Notes: generated from the sequence alone by a model not told the origin. 64,000 nucleotides of DNA from Candidatus Uhrbacteria bacterium (GCA_023246355.1 JAHFIQ010000003.1:85018-149017); one strand, 5' to 3'; positions 36,605-45,831 are shown, numbered from the stretch's first letter. A program made the numbers and translations.

Positions 36605-37763
36605 CTATCCACTGACGTAAACGCTGCATCAGTGTCAGATAAAAATGAAGATTATGAATCGTGGAAAGACGTAGAGCTAAAATTTCGTTCACAGAAAAAA
36701 GATGGCGAAGATAGGCCCGAGACGTCGTCTTGCAGGTTTCGCAGGAACAGAATGGATCAATGCGGCCTTGGTCGAGTTGATATGTTTCGTTGGTTACGCG
36801 CAGCTTGTCATAAAAAGTCCGTAGTCCGACCTGACCCCATTCGATCGTTTCGGGTCGCTGGGTCCACACAAACAACGTTCCGTGTCTGGCATTGCGAGTC
36901 GGCAAAACACAATCAAACATGTCCACACCCATCTTCACATACTCCACAATTTCCTCTGGCATGCCGCCGCCCATGAAGTAGCGAGGTTTATCTTCCGGCA
37001 AAAGTTCGCAGACTCTGGAGGTTATCCTGTACGCATCTTCTCGAGACTCGCCCACGGAAAGTCCACCGATCGCATAGCCATCAAAACCAATGTCGACCAA
37101 TCCATTGACTGATCGCTCGCGAAGATCTTCGTGTATGCCGCCTTGGACGATACCAAACAGCTGAGCTGCCGCGTCGATATTGTCTCCGGGCCGCCGGACT
37201 GTCGCCGTCGTTCCCTCCGACAACATCGACGTGGCAGCTTTGTAAAACACATCTTTACATCGCCTCGCCCAACGTAAAGATCTCTCCATGGCTTCTTCGT
37301 ACCGCTCACGCGAGGAATCTCCCGCGGCCACATCATCAAATTGCATCGCGATATCAGATCCGATCGCGGATTGCATCTCCATGGACAGCTCTGGTGTCAG
37401 TGTGATGCGCGAGCCGTCCAGATGAGACTGAAAGATCACACCGTCTTCGGTCGTCTTATTCATCTTTGAAAGGCTGAATACTTGATAGCCGCCCGAGTCG
37501 GTTAAGATCGGCCCGTCCCAGTTCATGAATCGATGAAGTCCCCCGAGGGCTTTCATGTGTTCGAGTCCAGGGCGCAACAACAGATGGTAGGTGTTGGAAA
37601 GCAAGATCTGCGCGCCCAAATTTTTCATGTCAGCGCTCGACATCGTTTTAACCGCACCCTTGGTCGCAATGGGCATGAAAAATGGCGTCTCGATGATTCC
37701 ATGAGGCGTCGTGAGCTGCCCGCGTCGAGCACGGCCATGTGTTGTCTGCACATCCATTCCCAT
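36591..37763 (-). CDS. tgt: queuine tRNA-ribosyltransferase
   Basis: DSGGYQ catalytic region and zinc-site CSCETC; 390 aa. Confidence 0.95.
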   Translation of the reverse strand: MGMDVQTTHGRARRGQLTTPHGIIETPFFMPIATKGAVKTMSSADMKNLGAQILLSNTYHLLLRPGLEHMKALGGLHRFMNWDGPILTDSGGYQVFSLSKMNKTTEDGVIFQSHLDGSRITLTPELSMEMQSAIGSDIAMQFDDVAAGDSSRERYEEAMERSLRWARRCKDVFYKAATSMLSEGTTATVRRPGDNIDAAAQLFGIVQGGIHEDLRERSVNGLVDIGFDGYAIGGLSVGESREDAYRITSRVCELLPEDKPRYFMGGGMPEEIVEYVKMGVDMFDCVLPTRNARHGTLFVWTQRPETIEWGQVGLRTFYDKLRVTNETYQLDQGRIDPFCSCETCKTTSRAYLRHLFSVNEILALRLSTIHNLHFYLTLMQRLRQWIEKAA

Positions 37764-37786
37764 AGGTCCTATTGGTCTCAGACGAC

Positions 37787-38881
37787 CTATGTCTTCAGGT
37801 TAAGCTCTTCAAGCAATTTTTTCTGCTCGCGTGAAAGTCTCTCTGGTGTCTTCACTTCCACGGTCACGATTTGATCGCCACGACCACGATTGGATGGCAC
37901 GCCCTTACCGCGCAAACGAAACTGAGAACCAGATTGTGTTCCCGCAGGAATTTTCAAGTCGCCTTTGCCATCAACCGTTTCGATTTCGATCGTGTCGCCC
38001 AAGGCCGCTTGGGTGAAACCGATCGTCGACTGGCTATGGATGTGAATCCCATCGCGCTCAAAACGAGGATCGTGCTTGACGTGGAGTCTCACAAATAAGT
38101 CTCCGGTGCGGCCACCACGCACCGCTTCACCTTTTTCGCGAACGCGAAGCACGGCTCCGTCATCCACACCCGCAGGAATCCCAACGGACAGCCGTTCGCG
38201 TTTTCGCTCTACTCCCTCACCATGACAGGTCGAACAAATCTTGTTTGGAATCTCTCCTGTTCCCTGACAAACCTCGCAACTTCTCTTGCTCTGCATGGTT
38301 CCCAAAATCGTTCTTTGCATCGTGACCTGCACGCCGCTCCCCTTACACGTGTCACACGTCTTCATTCCAGACCCTGGTTCACCACCCGTGCCTGCACAGC
38401 GTTCACATGCGGCATTTTTTGTGACCTCGATGTCTTTATTCACGCCAAAAACAGATTCAGAGAACGACAGATCCGCATCGACTTGAATGTCACTTCCGCG
38501 TGGCTGACCTCGGCCACCTCCTCGACCACCGAACATGTCTCCAAACAAGTCACCCAAATCTTCAAACCCTCCCGCCTGTTGGAAACCGGAAAAATCCCAG
38601 GCGGAGCCTGGTCCGCCTCTGGAGGAAAAACCTCCAAAGCCTTGACTTCCCCCAAAGCCAGACGACCCATCAAAGGCGGCGGACCCAAATTGATCGTACT
38701 TCGCGCGCTTTTCCGGATCGCCCAAAACTTGGTATGCCTCATTGGCTTCCTTGAACTTCGCCTCATCGCCGCCAGCCTTATCAGGATGATACTTGTGCGC
38801 CTGAGTGCGAAACGCTTTTTTGATGTCGTCGGCCGATGCGTTTTTGTTGACGTTCAGTATTTTGTAATAATCTTTGGGCAT
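37787..38881 (-). CDS. dnaJ: chaperone DnaJ
   Basis: J-domain KDYYKILNV...HPDK, G/F-rich region and four CxxCxGxG repeats. Start set to MPKDYY (ATG RC of 38879-38881). Confidence 0.95.
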   Translation of the reverse strand: MPKDYYKILNVNKNASADDIKKAFRTQAHKYHPDKAGGDEAKFKEANEAYQVLGDPEKRAKYDQFGSAAFDGSSGFGGSQGFGGFSSRGGPGSAWDFSGFQQAGGFEDLGDLFGDMFGGRGGGRGQPRGSDIQVDADLSFSESVFGVNKDIEVTKNAACERCAGTGGEPGSGMKTCDTCKGSGVQVTMQRTILGTMQSKRSCEVCQGTGEIPNKICSTCHGEGVERKRERLSVGIPAGVDDGAVLRVREKGEAVRGGRTGDLFVRLHVKHDPRFERDGIHIHSQSTIGFTQAALGDTIEIETVDGKGDLKIPAGTQSGSQFRLRGKGVPSNRGRGDQIVTVEVKTPERLSREQKKLLEELNLKT

Positions 38882-38888
38882 ACGGTGA

Positions 38889-38916
38889 GTAGACGGTAGA
38901 CAGTTGACAGTAGACA
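38889..38916 (-). repeat. GTAGAC repeat block (downstream flank of the four-helix-bundle gene, upstream of dnaJ)
   Basis: gtagacggtagacagttgacagtagaca; inverted relative to the block at 39275-39304. Confidence 0.6.
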
Positions 38917-38917
38917 A

Positions 38918-39271
38918 CTACCTTTGAGACTCGCGCAAGGAACACAATTTTTTCCAAAGGATATTGGATGAAGCATCCATTCGCGACCAAGTATCTTCGC
39001 TGATATAAGAAAGTTTTAAAGCGATTTTGAAAGCCGCATGAACTTCAACAAGAGAAGCAAGACCAATAGTAATGTATCTTGAGAATTCTTTTCTACTTCC
39101 ACGTGCAGAACCTTCAGCGAGATTAAGATAGATCGAGTAAGCCGCTCTACGAACCTGACTTGTTAATCCGTACTTCTCCTCAGGAGGAAAGGATGCGGTC
39201 GTTGCATGCACCGCATCAACGAAGGCAAGTATGTCCTTCCCGACCCTCAATTCTTCATATCGAAATCCCAT
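38918..39271 (-). CDS. four-helix-bundle protein (23S rRNA intervening-sequence protein family, TIGR02436-like)
   Basis: EEKYGLTSQVRRAAYSIYLNLAEGSARGSRKEFSRYITIGLASLVEV matches the family consensus (E.RYGLTSQLRRAA.SI..NIAEG..R...KEF..FL.IA.GSL.E). Confidence 0.9.
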   Translation of the reverse strand: MGFRYEELRVGKDILAFVDAVHATTASFPPEEKYGLTSQVRRAAYSIYLNLAEGSARGSRKEFSRYITIGLASLVEVHAAFKIALKLSYISEDTWSRMDASSNILWKKLCSLRESQR

Positions 39272-39274
39272 ATT

Positions 39275-39304
39275 CTGTCTACCGTCTACTGTTAACCGTC
39301 TACC
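39275..39304 (-). repeat. GTAGAC repeat block (upstream flank of the four-helix-bundle gene)
   Basis: Coding strand reads GGTAGACGGTTAACAGTAGACGGTAGACAG immediately before the ATG. Confidence 0.6.
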
Positions 39305-39768
39305 TTTTCAACAACGTCAACCACCGTCGGTTTCTCGATCGACAGATAGTCGCTGTACTTCATGTTGATCGAATCAGTGAGTGAACCCGCGTTGAAGTGT
39401 ATCACGTCATTCTCAGCAAGCCGACGGTCGACGTACGTTTTGAGTCCGATCACAGAACCAAACGGAGGTACGGATCCCTTCACGCAACCCGTGACGGCCT
39501 CGGGCTCAGTGGCAAAACTGATGTTCTCACCCAGAATGGCTTTTGCTTTTTTCCCATCCAACCGCAAATCCGCCGGCATCACAAATAAGACATGCTGCTT
39601 GGTCTTGCTCCCCCGCACCACCAACGCCTTAGCTCCAGCATGTAACGGCACGCCACGAATCCTGGAGGCATCTTCACTCGTATACGTCGGCTCGTGATGA
39701 GCGGTGTGATATTCAGTGCCAGAGGAATCCAGTAGCGATTTAATTTTTTCAAAGATGTGCGTCGACAC
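39292..39768 (-). CDS. YbaK/ProX-family aminoacyl-tRNA deacylase-like protein
   Basis: 158 aa; GCVKGSVPPFGSVIGL (GxVxPFG deacylase motif). Confidence 0.7.
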   Translation of the reverse strand: MSTHIFEKIKSLLDSSGTEYHTAHHEPTYTSEDASRIRGVPLHAGAKALVVRGSKTKQHVLFVMPADLRLDGKKAKAILGENISFATEPEAVTGCVKGSVPPFGSVIGLKTYVDRRLAENDVIHFNAGSLTDSINMKYSDYLSIEKPTVVDVVEKVDG

Positions 39769-39770
39769 AA

Positions 39771-41669
39771 CTATTCCTTCTTCTCTTGAAACTCCGCATC
39801 AATTGGCTCGTCTTTTTTTTCTTCCTGCCCACCTTCTCCACCTTGTCCACCTGTTCCACCTTGTCCACCTGCCGTTTGATACATCTTCGCACCCACTTTC
39901 TGTGCAGCGGTCGACAACTCGTCGGCGGCTTTCTTGATAGCTTCGTGATCATCACCATCCTTCACGGCCTTGAGCGCAGCAATCTTGTCTTCGATGTCTT
40001 TCTTTTCCTCAGGAGTGGCTTTTTCCCCAGCCTCTTTCATCATTTTCTCCGTTGTGTAAATCATGGTATCTGCTAAATTCTGATGCTCAACCTTTTCTTT
40101 GAGCTTCTTATCTTCCTCTGCATGACTTTCCGCGTCGCGCTTCATGCGTTCCACTTCGTCCTTGGAAAGTCCTGTGGATCCTTGAATGGTAATTTTCTGA
40201 CTCGTACCCGTGCCTTTGTCCGTGGCCGACACATTCAAAATGCCGTTGGCATCAATATCAAACTTCACTTCCACCTGAGGCACGCCGCGAGGTGCCATGG
40301 GGATGCCGGACAAAATAAATCGACCGAGCGTCTTGTTGCCAGACGCCACTTCACGTTCCCCTTGCAGCACATGAATCTCCACCGTTGTCTGGTTGTCTGC
40401 GGCTGTGGAAAAAATTTGTGACTTGCCAGCAGGAATCGTCGTATTGCGTTCAATCAGTTTCGTCATCACGCCACCGAGTGTTTCAATGCCAAACGAGAGT
40501 GGGGTGACATCCAACAGAAGCACGTCTTTCACTTCACCTTGAAGAACGCCCGCTTGCACCGCAGCGCCAAGGGCCACGACTTCGTCTGGATTCACGGTGA
40601 TGTTCGGCTTCTTTCCAAAAAAATCCTCAACGGTTTTTAAGACCAACGGCATGCGGGTCATCCCTCCGACCATGACGATTTCTTCGATCGCTCCCTTGTC
40701 GAGTCCCGCGTCTTTGAGCGCGGCCTTGAGCGGCACGAGTGTTTTGGCAACCAAGTCATGACACAGCTCTTCAAGCTTGCTGCGCGTCATGCTGAGCACC
40801 AAGTGCTTGGGGCCATTTGCATCAGAGGTAATAAACGGCTGGTTGATTTCCGTTTGTGCGGCTGTGGAGAGTTCGATCTTGGCACGCTCAGCCGCATCTT
40901 TCACACGTTGAAGCGCCAGAGAATCCTTGGACAGATCAATCCCCTCTTGCTTCTTGAACTCCTCCAAAATCCAATCAATGATCACGCGATCAAAATCATC
41001 GCCGCCCAGATGGGTATCGCCATTGGTGGATTTGACTTCGACGGTATCTTCAGAAACTTCCAGCACAGACACATCAAACGTGCCGCCACCCAAATCGTAG
41101 ACCACAATTTTCTGACCTTTCTTTTTATCGAAGCCGTAGGCAAGGGCCGCCGCTGTTGGCTCGTTGATGATGCGACGCACCTTGAGACCAGCAATCTCGC
41201 CAGCGGTTTTTGTTGCCGCGCGCTGTGCGTCATCAAAATACGCCGGTACGGTAATAATCGCTTCCTCGATTTTTTCGCCAAGTTTTTCCTCCGCATCCGC
41301 TTTCAATTTTTGCAGCACCATCGCGGAAATTTCCTCAGGCGTGTATTCCTTCTCTGCCATCTTGATCGCGACTCCATCGCCGCGTTTCACAATTTCAAAC
41401 GGCATGACCTTTTGGTCACGCATGACTTCCGCATCGTCAAAACGACGTCCGATCAATCGCTTGATGGAGTACAACGTATTTTTCGGATTGGTGACCGCTT
41501 GTCGTTTGGCTGACAAACCCACAGAGCGTTCACCAGCTTTGTTGACCGAAACCATCGACGGGGTGGTACGGGCGCCTTCTTTGTTTTCCAAAACCTTGGG
41601 CTGACCACCTTCGATGATCGCCACGCACGAGTTGGTTGTTCCAAGATCGATTCCGAGAATTTTTGGCAT
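39771..41669 (-). CDS. dnaK: chaperone DnaK (Hsp70)
   Basis: [21 protein letters not shown] and [10 protein letters not shown] signatures; Gly-rich [15 protein letters not shown] tail. Confidence 0.98.
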   Translation of the reverse strand: MPKILGIDLGTTNSCVAIIEGGQPKVLENKEGARTTPSMVSVNKAGERSVGLSAKRQAVTNPKNTLYSIKRLIGRRFDDAEVMRDQKVMPFEIVKRGDGVAIKMAEKEYTPEEISAMVLQKLKADAEEKLGEKIEEAIITVPAYFDDAQRAATKTAGEIAGLKVRRIINEPTAAALAYGFDKKKGQKIVVYDLGGGTFDVSVLEVSEDTVEVKSTNGDTHLGGDDFDRVIIDWILEEFKKQEGIDLSKDSLALQRVKDAAERAKIELSTAAQTEINQPFITSDANGPKHLVLSMTRSKLEELCHDLVAKTLVPLKAALKDAGLDKGAIEEIVMVGGMTRMPLVLKTVEDFFGKKPNITVNPDEVVALGAAVQAGVLQGEVKDVLLLDVTPLSFGIETLGGVMTKLIERNTTIPAGKSQIFSTAADNQTTVEIHVLQGEREVASGNKTLGRFILSGIPMAPRGVPQVEVKFDIDANGILNVSATDKGTGTSQKITIQGSTGLSKDEVERMKRDAESHAEEDKKLKEKVEHQNLADTMIYTTEKMMKEAGEKATPEEKKDIEDKIAALKAVKDGDDHEAIKKAADELSTAAQKVGAKMYQTAGGQGGTGGQGGEGGQEEKKDEPIDAEFQEKKE

Positions 41670-41764
41670 ATGGGAAAGGTATGTAAGGTAGACTAGGTAG
41701 ATGAGGTGGTAAAGAGGAATTGCACACCTCGGCCACCTTTTCCACCTTAACCACCTAAGTTGTT
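41670..41764 (-). repeat. AGGTGG direct repeats and CCACCT/CTACCT inverted repeats in the grpE-dnaK intergenic region
   Basis: Coding strand AGGTGGTTAAGGTGGAAAAGGTGG...CCACCTCATCTACCTAGTCTACCTTACATACC. The first repeat overlaps the grpE stop codon. Confidence 0.6.
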
Positions 41765-42217
41765 AATAATCACCTTCGCTGGACGGACAATGCGGTCACC
41801 GAGCTTCCAGCCGCGATGGATGACTTCCAAAATTTGATCATCGAGCGCGCTCTCATCCGTTTTTTCACCAACCGCTTCGCACGACGTGCTATCGAACAGC
41901 TCTCCGGCGTTTCCAAATGCCTCCAGTCCCAGATTTTTCAAAACACCTTCCAGACCCTGTCGTACATGCAGAATGCCTGCGAGCCATTTTTCTATTTCCG
42001 GTGAACCTCCTTCTGGTTTGTGCTTGAGTGCTTGATCGAAATGATCAATCGATTCGATCAGATCGTGGGCGAGAAATTCTTTTGTGCCTTCACGAATGGC
42101 CGTGCGCTCTTTGGCGAGATCTTTTTTGAGATTATCGTAGTCGGCCAAAGCGCGTTTCCATCCTGTGAGATACTCGTCACATTTCACACATGGGTCGATT
42201 GGTGTTTTATCACTCAT
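41747..42217 (-). CDS. grpE: nucleotide exchange factor GrpE
   Basis: Start set at MSDKTPIDP (ATG RC of 42215-42217). The track ORF extends to 42424 only because repeat copy A lacks stops in that frame. Confidence 0.88.
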   Translation of the reverse strand: MSDKTPIDPCVKCDEYLTGWKRALADYDNLKKDLAKERTAIREGTKEFLAHDLIESIDHFDQALKHKPEGGSPEIEKWLAGILHVRQGLEGVLKNLGLEAFGNAGELFDSTSCEAVGEKTDESALDDQILEVIHRGWKLGDRIVRPAKVIINNLGG

Positions 42218-42285
42218 AAGACATTTTTCAAAATAAGATGAGATCGGCTTGAACGGGCTGGCAGACGCTGAAAACCTACTCATGG

Positions 42286-42409
42286 GACCTCTGCAAAACT
42301 CGATGAGATTGCGATGCGCGGGGAAGCCAGCCTCCGAGACGTAGTGAAAACTACGTTGAGGAGGTGGCGGGGCCCCGCAAGTCGCAAGATCGCGAGTTTT
42401 GCAGAGGTC
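42286..42409 (+). repeat. MITE-like structured repeat, copy A (124 bp)
   Basis: GACCTCTGCAAAACTCGATGAGATTGCGATGCGCGGGGAAGCCAGCCTCCGAGACGTAG-tgaaaa-CTACGTTGAGGAGGTGGCGGGGCCCCGCAAGTCGCAAGATCGCGAGTTTTGCAGAGGTC. Terminal inverted repeats of ~17 bp. Lies in the hrcA-grpE intergenic region. Confidence 0.8.
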
Positions 42410-42410
42410 A

Positions 42411-43100
42411 CTATAGTTGTTCAATGACGTTACGCGCTGATTCGACCAAAGCTAAGTTTCGACGATAATTCATTCTGAGTGGCCCGGTGACACCGACAAA
42501 CCCTTCCTCACCACTGTGGATTTGGTAGCGCACCACGACCGTGGCCATCTGTGAACCAAAGGGATTTTCAGAACCGATCCACACATGCGGCTCTTGGCCT
42601 GCACGCGCAAACAATCCCATCAGGAGTTCATCAAATTGATCGATCACATCTGAAAGTTCCATGATGATTGCCAAATTCTGAAAATCCGGTTTGTGAAACA
42701 AATTGGCCACGCCTGAGTAATAGCTCCACTCATCATTGAAGGCGAGAATCGCGGTCTCTCCCGAAACTTCACCAAGCGTTTTGACCACAGACTTCAGCGC
42801 GCTTTGCGTGTTGTCCTCATCGGGAACCGGCAAGGCTTTCACAAGCGTGGAAACTTTTTTCTCCACCAAATGCTTCAGGTAATAAACGTACGCTTTTTCC
42901 GTTGGTACACGACCGGCCGAGGTGTGCGGGGCGACAAGATAGCCTTCGCCCTCAAGTACAGCCATTTCGTTTCGAATCGTGGCAGCGGAAACCCCCAAAT
43001 CAAATTGCTCGTTGAGGACCTTTGAACCAACCGGCTCAGCACAGCGGATGTATTCCTCAATCAGGATCTTTAAAATGAGTTCTTTTCTGGAATCCAGCAT
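42411..43100 (-). CDS. hrcA: heat-inducible transcription repressor HrcA
   Basis: wHTH N-terminus (ILKILIEEYIRCAEPVGSKVL) and HrcA C-domain. Start set at MLDSRKEL (ATG RC of 43098-43100). Confidence 0.9.
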   Translation of the reverse strand: MLDSRKELILKILIEEYIRCAEPVGSKVLNEQFDLGVSAATIRNEMAVLEGEGYLVAPHTSAGRVPTEKAYVYYLKHLVEKKVSTLVKALPVPDEDNTQSALKSVVKTLGEVSGETAILAFNDEWSYYSGVANLFHKPDFQNLAIIMELSDVIDQFDELLMGLFARAGQEPHVWIGSENPFGSQMATVVVRYQIHSGEEGFVGVTGPLRMNYRRNLALVESARNVIEQL

Positions 43101-43108
43101 AAAACAAA

Positions 43109-43135
43109 TTAGCACTCACCATTATAGAGTGCTAA
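43109..43135 (-). promoter_or_regulatory. CIRCE operator (TTAGCACTC-N9-GAGTGCTAA), perfect match
   Basis: ttagcactcaccattatagagtgctaa immediately upstream of hrcA. Confidence 0.9.
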
Positions 43136-43148
43136 ATAGGCTTGTCAA
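43121..43148 (-). promoter_or_regulatory. sigma70 promoter of the hrcA-grpE-dnaK operon (TTGACA-16-TATAAT)
   Basis: Coding strand TTGACAagcctatttagcactcTATAAT; the -10 sits inside the CIRCE spacer. Confidence 0.75.
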
Positions 43149-44095
43149 ATGGTGTGCACGACCGCGGCGAGATCACCGGCCTCAGCCCTGCCTGGCCGTG
43201 TGGTTTTTTTCCCAGCTTCATCATCGGCGGAGCGCTGAAGGACATCTTCCGCTTGAAGATCGTCCTGAAGAGTCGAAACCCAGTTTTGGATATCACGTGT
43301 GGTGAGATTGCTCTGCACGGTTCCGTTGACGATGACGAGTCGATCGCCTCTTTGCACATCATAGACATCGACCTCAGGCGTGATGCGTGTACTATTTCTT
43401 CCTGTCACTGAAACCACGTCATGGCGCAGAGGAAACAGTTGCTGATGCTCGTGTGAGAGCTCACTTGGGGAACGCGACTGGTCGATCTGTTCGAAATCCT
43501 CCGATGAAAGAAACCCTGCGTGCATCTGTTGAGTGAGCCCCGTGTCATCCTGAGTCATCTGTGTGAGACGTTCTCCACGAAGAAGATACACTCGAGCATC
43601 ACCCAGATGTGAGAGATATAATCGTTTACGTGCATGGGGAAGATCAACGAGCTTGGCGATCGACGCGCGAAGTCCCGCATGATCAAATTCTTTCTGCACC
43701 ACACTTCGTGACCTCACCTTGGCAATGGTCGGTAAAAAAATTTCCTTGAGTTTTGACTCAACGAGTGCATCGACTCTTGCGATTCGTTCATCCATGGAGC
43801 CTGCGGCGTACAGATTATTTTGAATCTGGCGATCGAGTGAGGCACCAAGATCCTGTGCCACTGTTGAAACCAAATCTTTCGCCACAAGCGAAGCAACTCT
43901 TTCTGATCCACGTCCCTCTGCGACCCCAAATAAGCCGTGTTCAGGATCGTTGAGTTTCGCGACTCCTGGGACGACTTTACGCTGTTCACTTCCTAACTCA
44001 ACACGTCCTTTGAACTCGGGCGCTCCTAAGTTGAATTCCGCTGATCCCCTTCGGTCCAGCGTCTCTTGAACATACGTCATGCCTTGTTCTCTCAT
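43145..44095 (-). CDS. PP2C/SpoIIE-like protein phosphatase domain protein (putative)
   Basis: Motifs LFGVAEGRGSE, LYLSHLGDARVYLL, MTQDDTG and GDRLVIVNGTV resemble PP2C blocks. Start chosen at internal MREQG to avoid an 80-bp overlap with kef. Confidence 0.45.
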   Translation of the reverse strand: MREQGMTYVQETLDRRGSAEFNLGAPEFKGRVELGSEQRKVVPGVAKLNDPEHGLFGVAEGRGSERVASLVAKDLVSTVAQDLGASLDRQIQNNLYAAGSMDERIARVDALVESKLKEIFLPTIAKVRSRSVVQKEFDHAGLRASIAKLVDLPHARKRLYLSHLGDARVYLLRGERLTQMTQDDTGLTQQMHAGFLSSEDFEQIDQSRSPSELSHEHQQLFPLRHDVVSVTGRNSTRITPEVDVYDVQRGDRLVIVNGTVQSNLTTRDIQNWVSTLQDDLQAEDVLQRSADDEAGKKTTRPGRAEAGDLAAVVHTI

Positions 44096-44117
44096 AGACT
44101 CCCAGTATACCAAATCC

Positions 44118-45773
44118 TTAAACTGTTTTTGTAAGCGTCTGCCAAGATCGCTTGACGGTCTTTTTTTCACGCAGCATCTCGGAAAACTTTTTTCCACTTA
44201 AAACAGGCGGCACAATCACATAGGTAGCACCAAGCTCATAGCAGCGTGCGGCCTCCTGTGCGCTGTGAGCTGAGACAATCACCACGCCCTTGAAGTGCCG
44301 AGCCCGCAGATACGAGAGCAGCGATGTACTGATAAGCACATTGGGAATGGTGGAGATGACCAACCGAGCTTTGGTCACACATAGCTCGTCAAGAAAACTC
44401 TCATCGCCGACATCCCCATACACGGCCGGTTCTTGTAGACTCGCCAGTTCGCGAATCGCCACAGGATCAAAATCCACAACCGTGTACGATTGTTTCATTC
44501 CACGAATCGTCTTTAAGAGCTCAGCGCCGGTCCGATGATACCCAAAAAGCAACACCTGTGTTGGCCGATGTTGAGCCTCCCTCTCCGCGTGCAACATCCT
44601 TCCTGGCTCAAGCCAACGCAAAAGCGGATGAAGGCGTTTGAAAATTCGGTCATTGTGTTCGATCAGAAATGAGCTGGCCGTGATGGTCACCAAACCCACG
44701 GCCGTGGCGAGAACCAGCGCATGTTCATTCACCTGTCCGGCGGCAATTCCGGCAATAATCACGATGAACGAGAATTCAGAAATTTGCGCCACGGTCGTGC
44801 CAGCCAGAAATCCGGTCCGTGGATGATAGCCCAGGAGCCGCATGATGATCATCATAATCAGTGGATTGCCGATGAGCACATAGAGACTCAGCACGATGGT
44901 TGGAATCAAAAGCGTACTCAGGTTTTCAAATCCCAGACGGGTGCCAAGCACGATAAAGAAGATAATAAGAAAAAAATCTCGCAAGGGTCGAATACGCGCA
45001 TTGATTTCCCTCTCGTACAAGGAACCCGAAAGCGTGATCCCAGCGATGAGCGCACCCATTTCGATCCCAAAGCCCAGAGCAACCAAGGCGCTCGCAAGTA
45101 AAAAGCACCAGGCAACAGCAAAAACGGAAAGCAGTTCCTGGGACTTGGCAACCTCGCGCAACAGAGGCGGCAGGATTTTCGTGGAAACAAGCCACAGGGC
45201 AGGAATAAGCAGCGCGACCTTCACAAGAGTCGTGGCGGTAACGGTTTCAAGGCTGGCACCCGTGTTGATGGTCGAGAGGCCCAGGAGGATGAGCATCGCG
45301 ATAAAATCTTGCACCAACAAAAATCCAACGCTGATACGGCCGTAGAGCGTGTCCAGATCCTGTTTGTCCATGAGGAGCTTCACGATGATGATCGTGCTGG
45401 AAAACGAAAAAGCAACAGCGATGTACAGACTCGTCATCGCATCAAACCCAAGCGATGCGGTGATCACAAACCCAACAATCGACGTCACGATGACCTGCGC
45501 CATGCCAGTGGCCAGCGCGATGCCCCCCACGTCACGGACGTTTCTCCAGTTGAGACCGAGCCCGACCGTGAACAACAAAAATGCCACACCGATTTGCGAC
45601 AGGACATCAAAAACGGCAGGTGAACGGGTGAGCGCAAAAACGCCTGGGCCAACCAAGATGCCTGTGATGATATAGGCGATGATGAGCGGCTGACGCAGTC
45701 GATGCACGATGAGTGCAACCGCTGCGGCGATGATCAAAATCACCCCGATCTCAAAAAAAAGTTCCTCCAGCAT
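44118..45773 (-). CDS. Kef-type monovalent cation:proton antiporter (CPA2) with C-terminal RCK/TrkA-N domain
   Basis: 12-13 TM helices and a GYHRTG Rossmann RCK domain. Start set at MLEELFFEIGV (ATG RC of 45771-45773). Confidence 0.85.
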   Translation of the reverse strand: MLEELFFEIGVILIIAAAVALIVHRLRQPLIIAYIITGILVGPGVFALTRSPAVFDVLSQIGVAFLLFTVGLGLNWRNVRDVGGIALATGMAQVIVTSIVGFVITASLGFDAMTSLYIAVAFSFSSTIIIVKLLMDKQDLDTLYGRISVGFLLVQDFIAMLILLGLSTINTGASLETVTATTLVKVALLIPALWLVSTKILPPLLREVAKSQELLSVFAVAWCFLLASALVALGFGIEMGALIAGITLSGSLYEREINARIRPLRDFFLIIFFIVLGTRLGFENLSTLLIPTIVLSLYVLIGNPLIMMIIMRLLGYHPRTGFLAGTTVAQISEFSFIVIIAGIAAGQVNEHALVLATAVGLVTITASSFLIEHNDRIFKRLHPLLRWLEPGRMLHAEREAQHRPTQVLLFGYHRTGAELLKTIRGMKQSYTVVDFDPVAIRELASLQEPAVYGDVGDESFLDELCVTKARLVISTIPNVLISTSLLSYLRARHFKGVVIVSAHSAQEAARCYELGATYVIVPPVLSGKKFSEMLREKKTVKRSWQTLTKTV

Positions 45774-45831
45774 GGCAGAAGTATACCATGGGTTGAAAAA
45801 CAGAAACGAATGTGATACATTTTGCGCCGTT

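Noticed and set aside
39795-39860. ccaccttgtccacct repeats at the dnaK 3' end (and ccacctcttccacc at 35815-35850)
   Set aside because: They encode the Gly-rich [14 protein letters not shown] tail of DnaK (and GEEVGKVEEV in the Clp-like protein). They are coding, not regulatory, though the sequence relationship to the intergenic AGGTGG repeats is intriguing.
40758-41513. Plus-strand ORF 40758..41513 (251 aa) inside dnaK
   Set aside because: Antisense to dnaK. Shadow ORF.
42218-42424. N-terminal extension of grpE to 42424 (also murC to 20819, kef-like to 46022, 54254-ORF to 55552, ABC ATPase to 62016, dnaJ to 38917)
   Set aside because: Extensions run through intergenic repeats (MITE copies, CCACCT arrays) or overlap the upstream gene. 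Conserved family N-termini begin at internal Met codons. The track also accepts GTG/TTG starts, which inflates ORFs.
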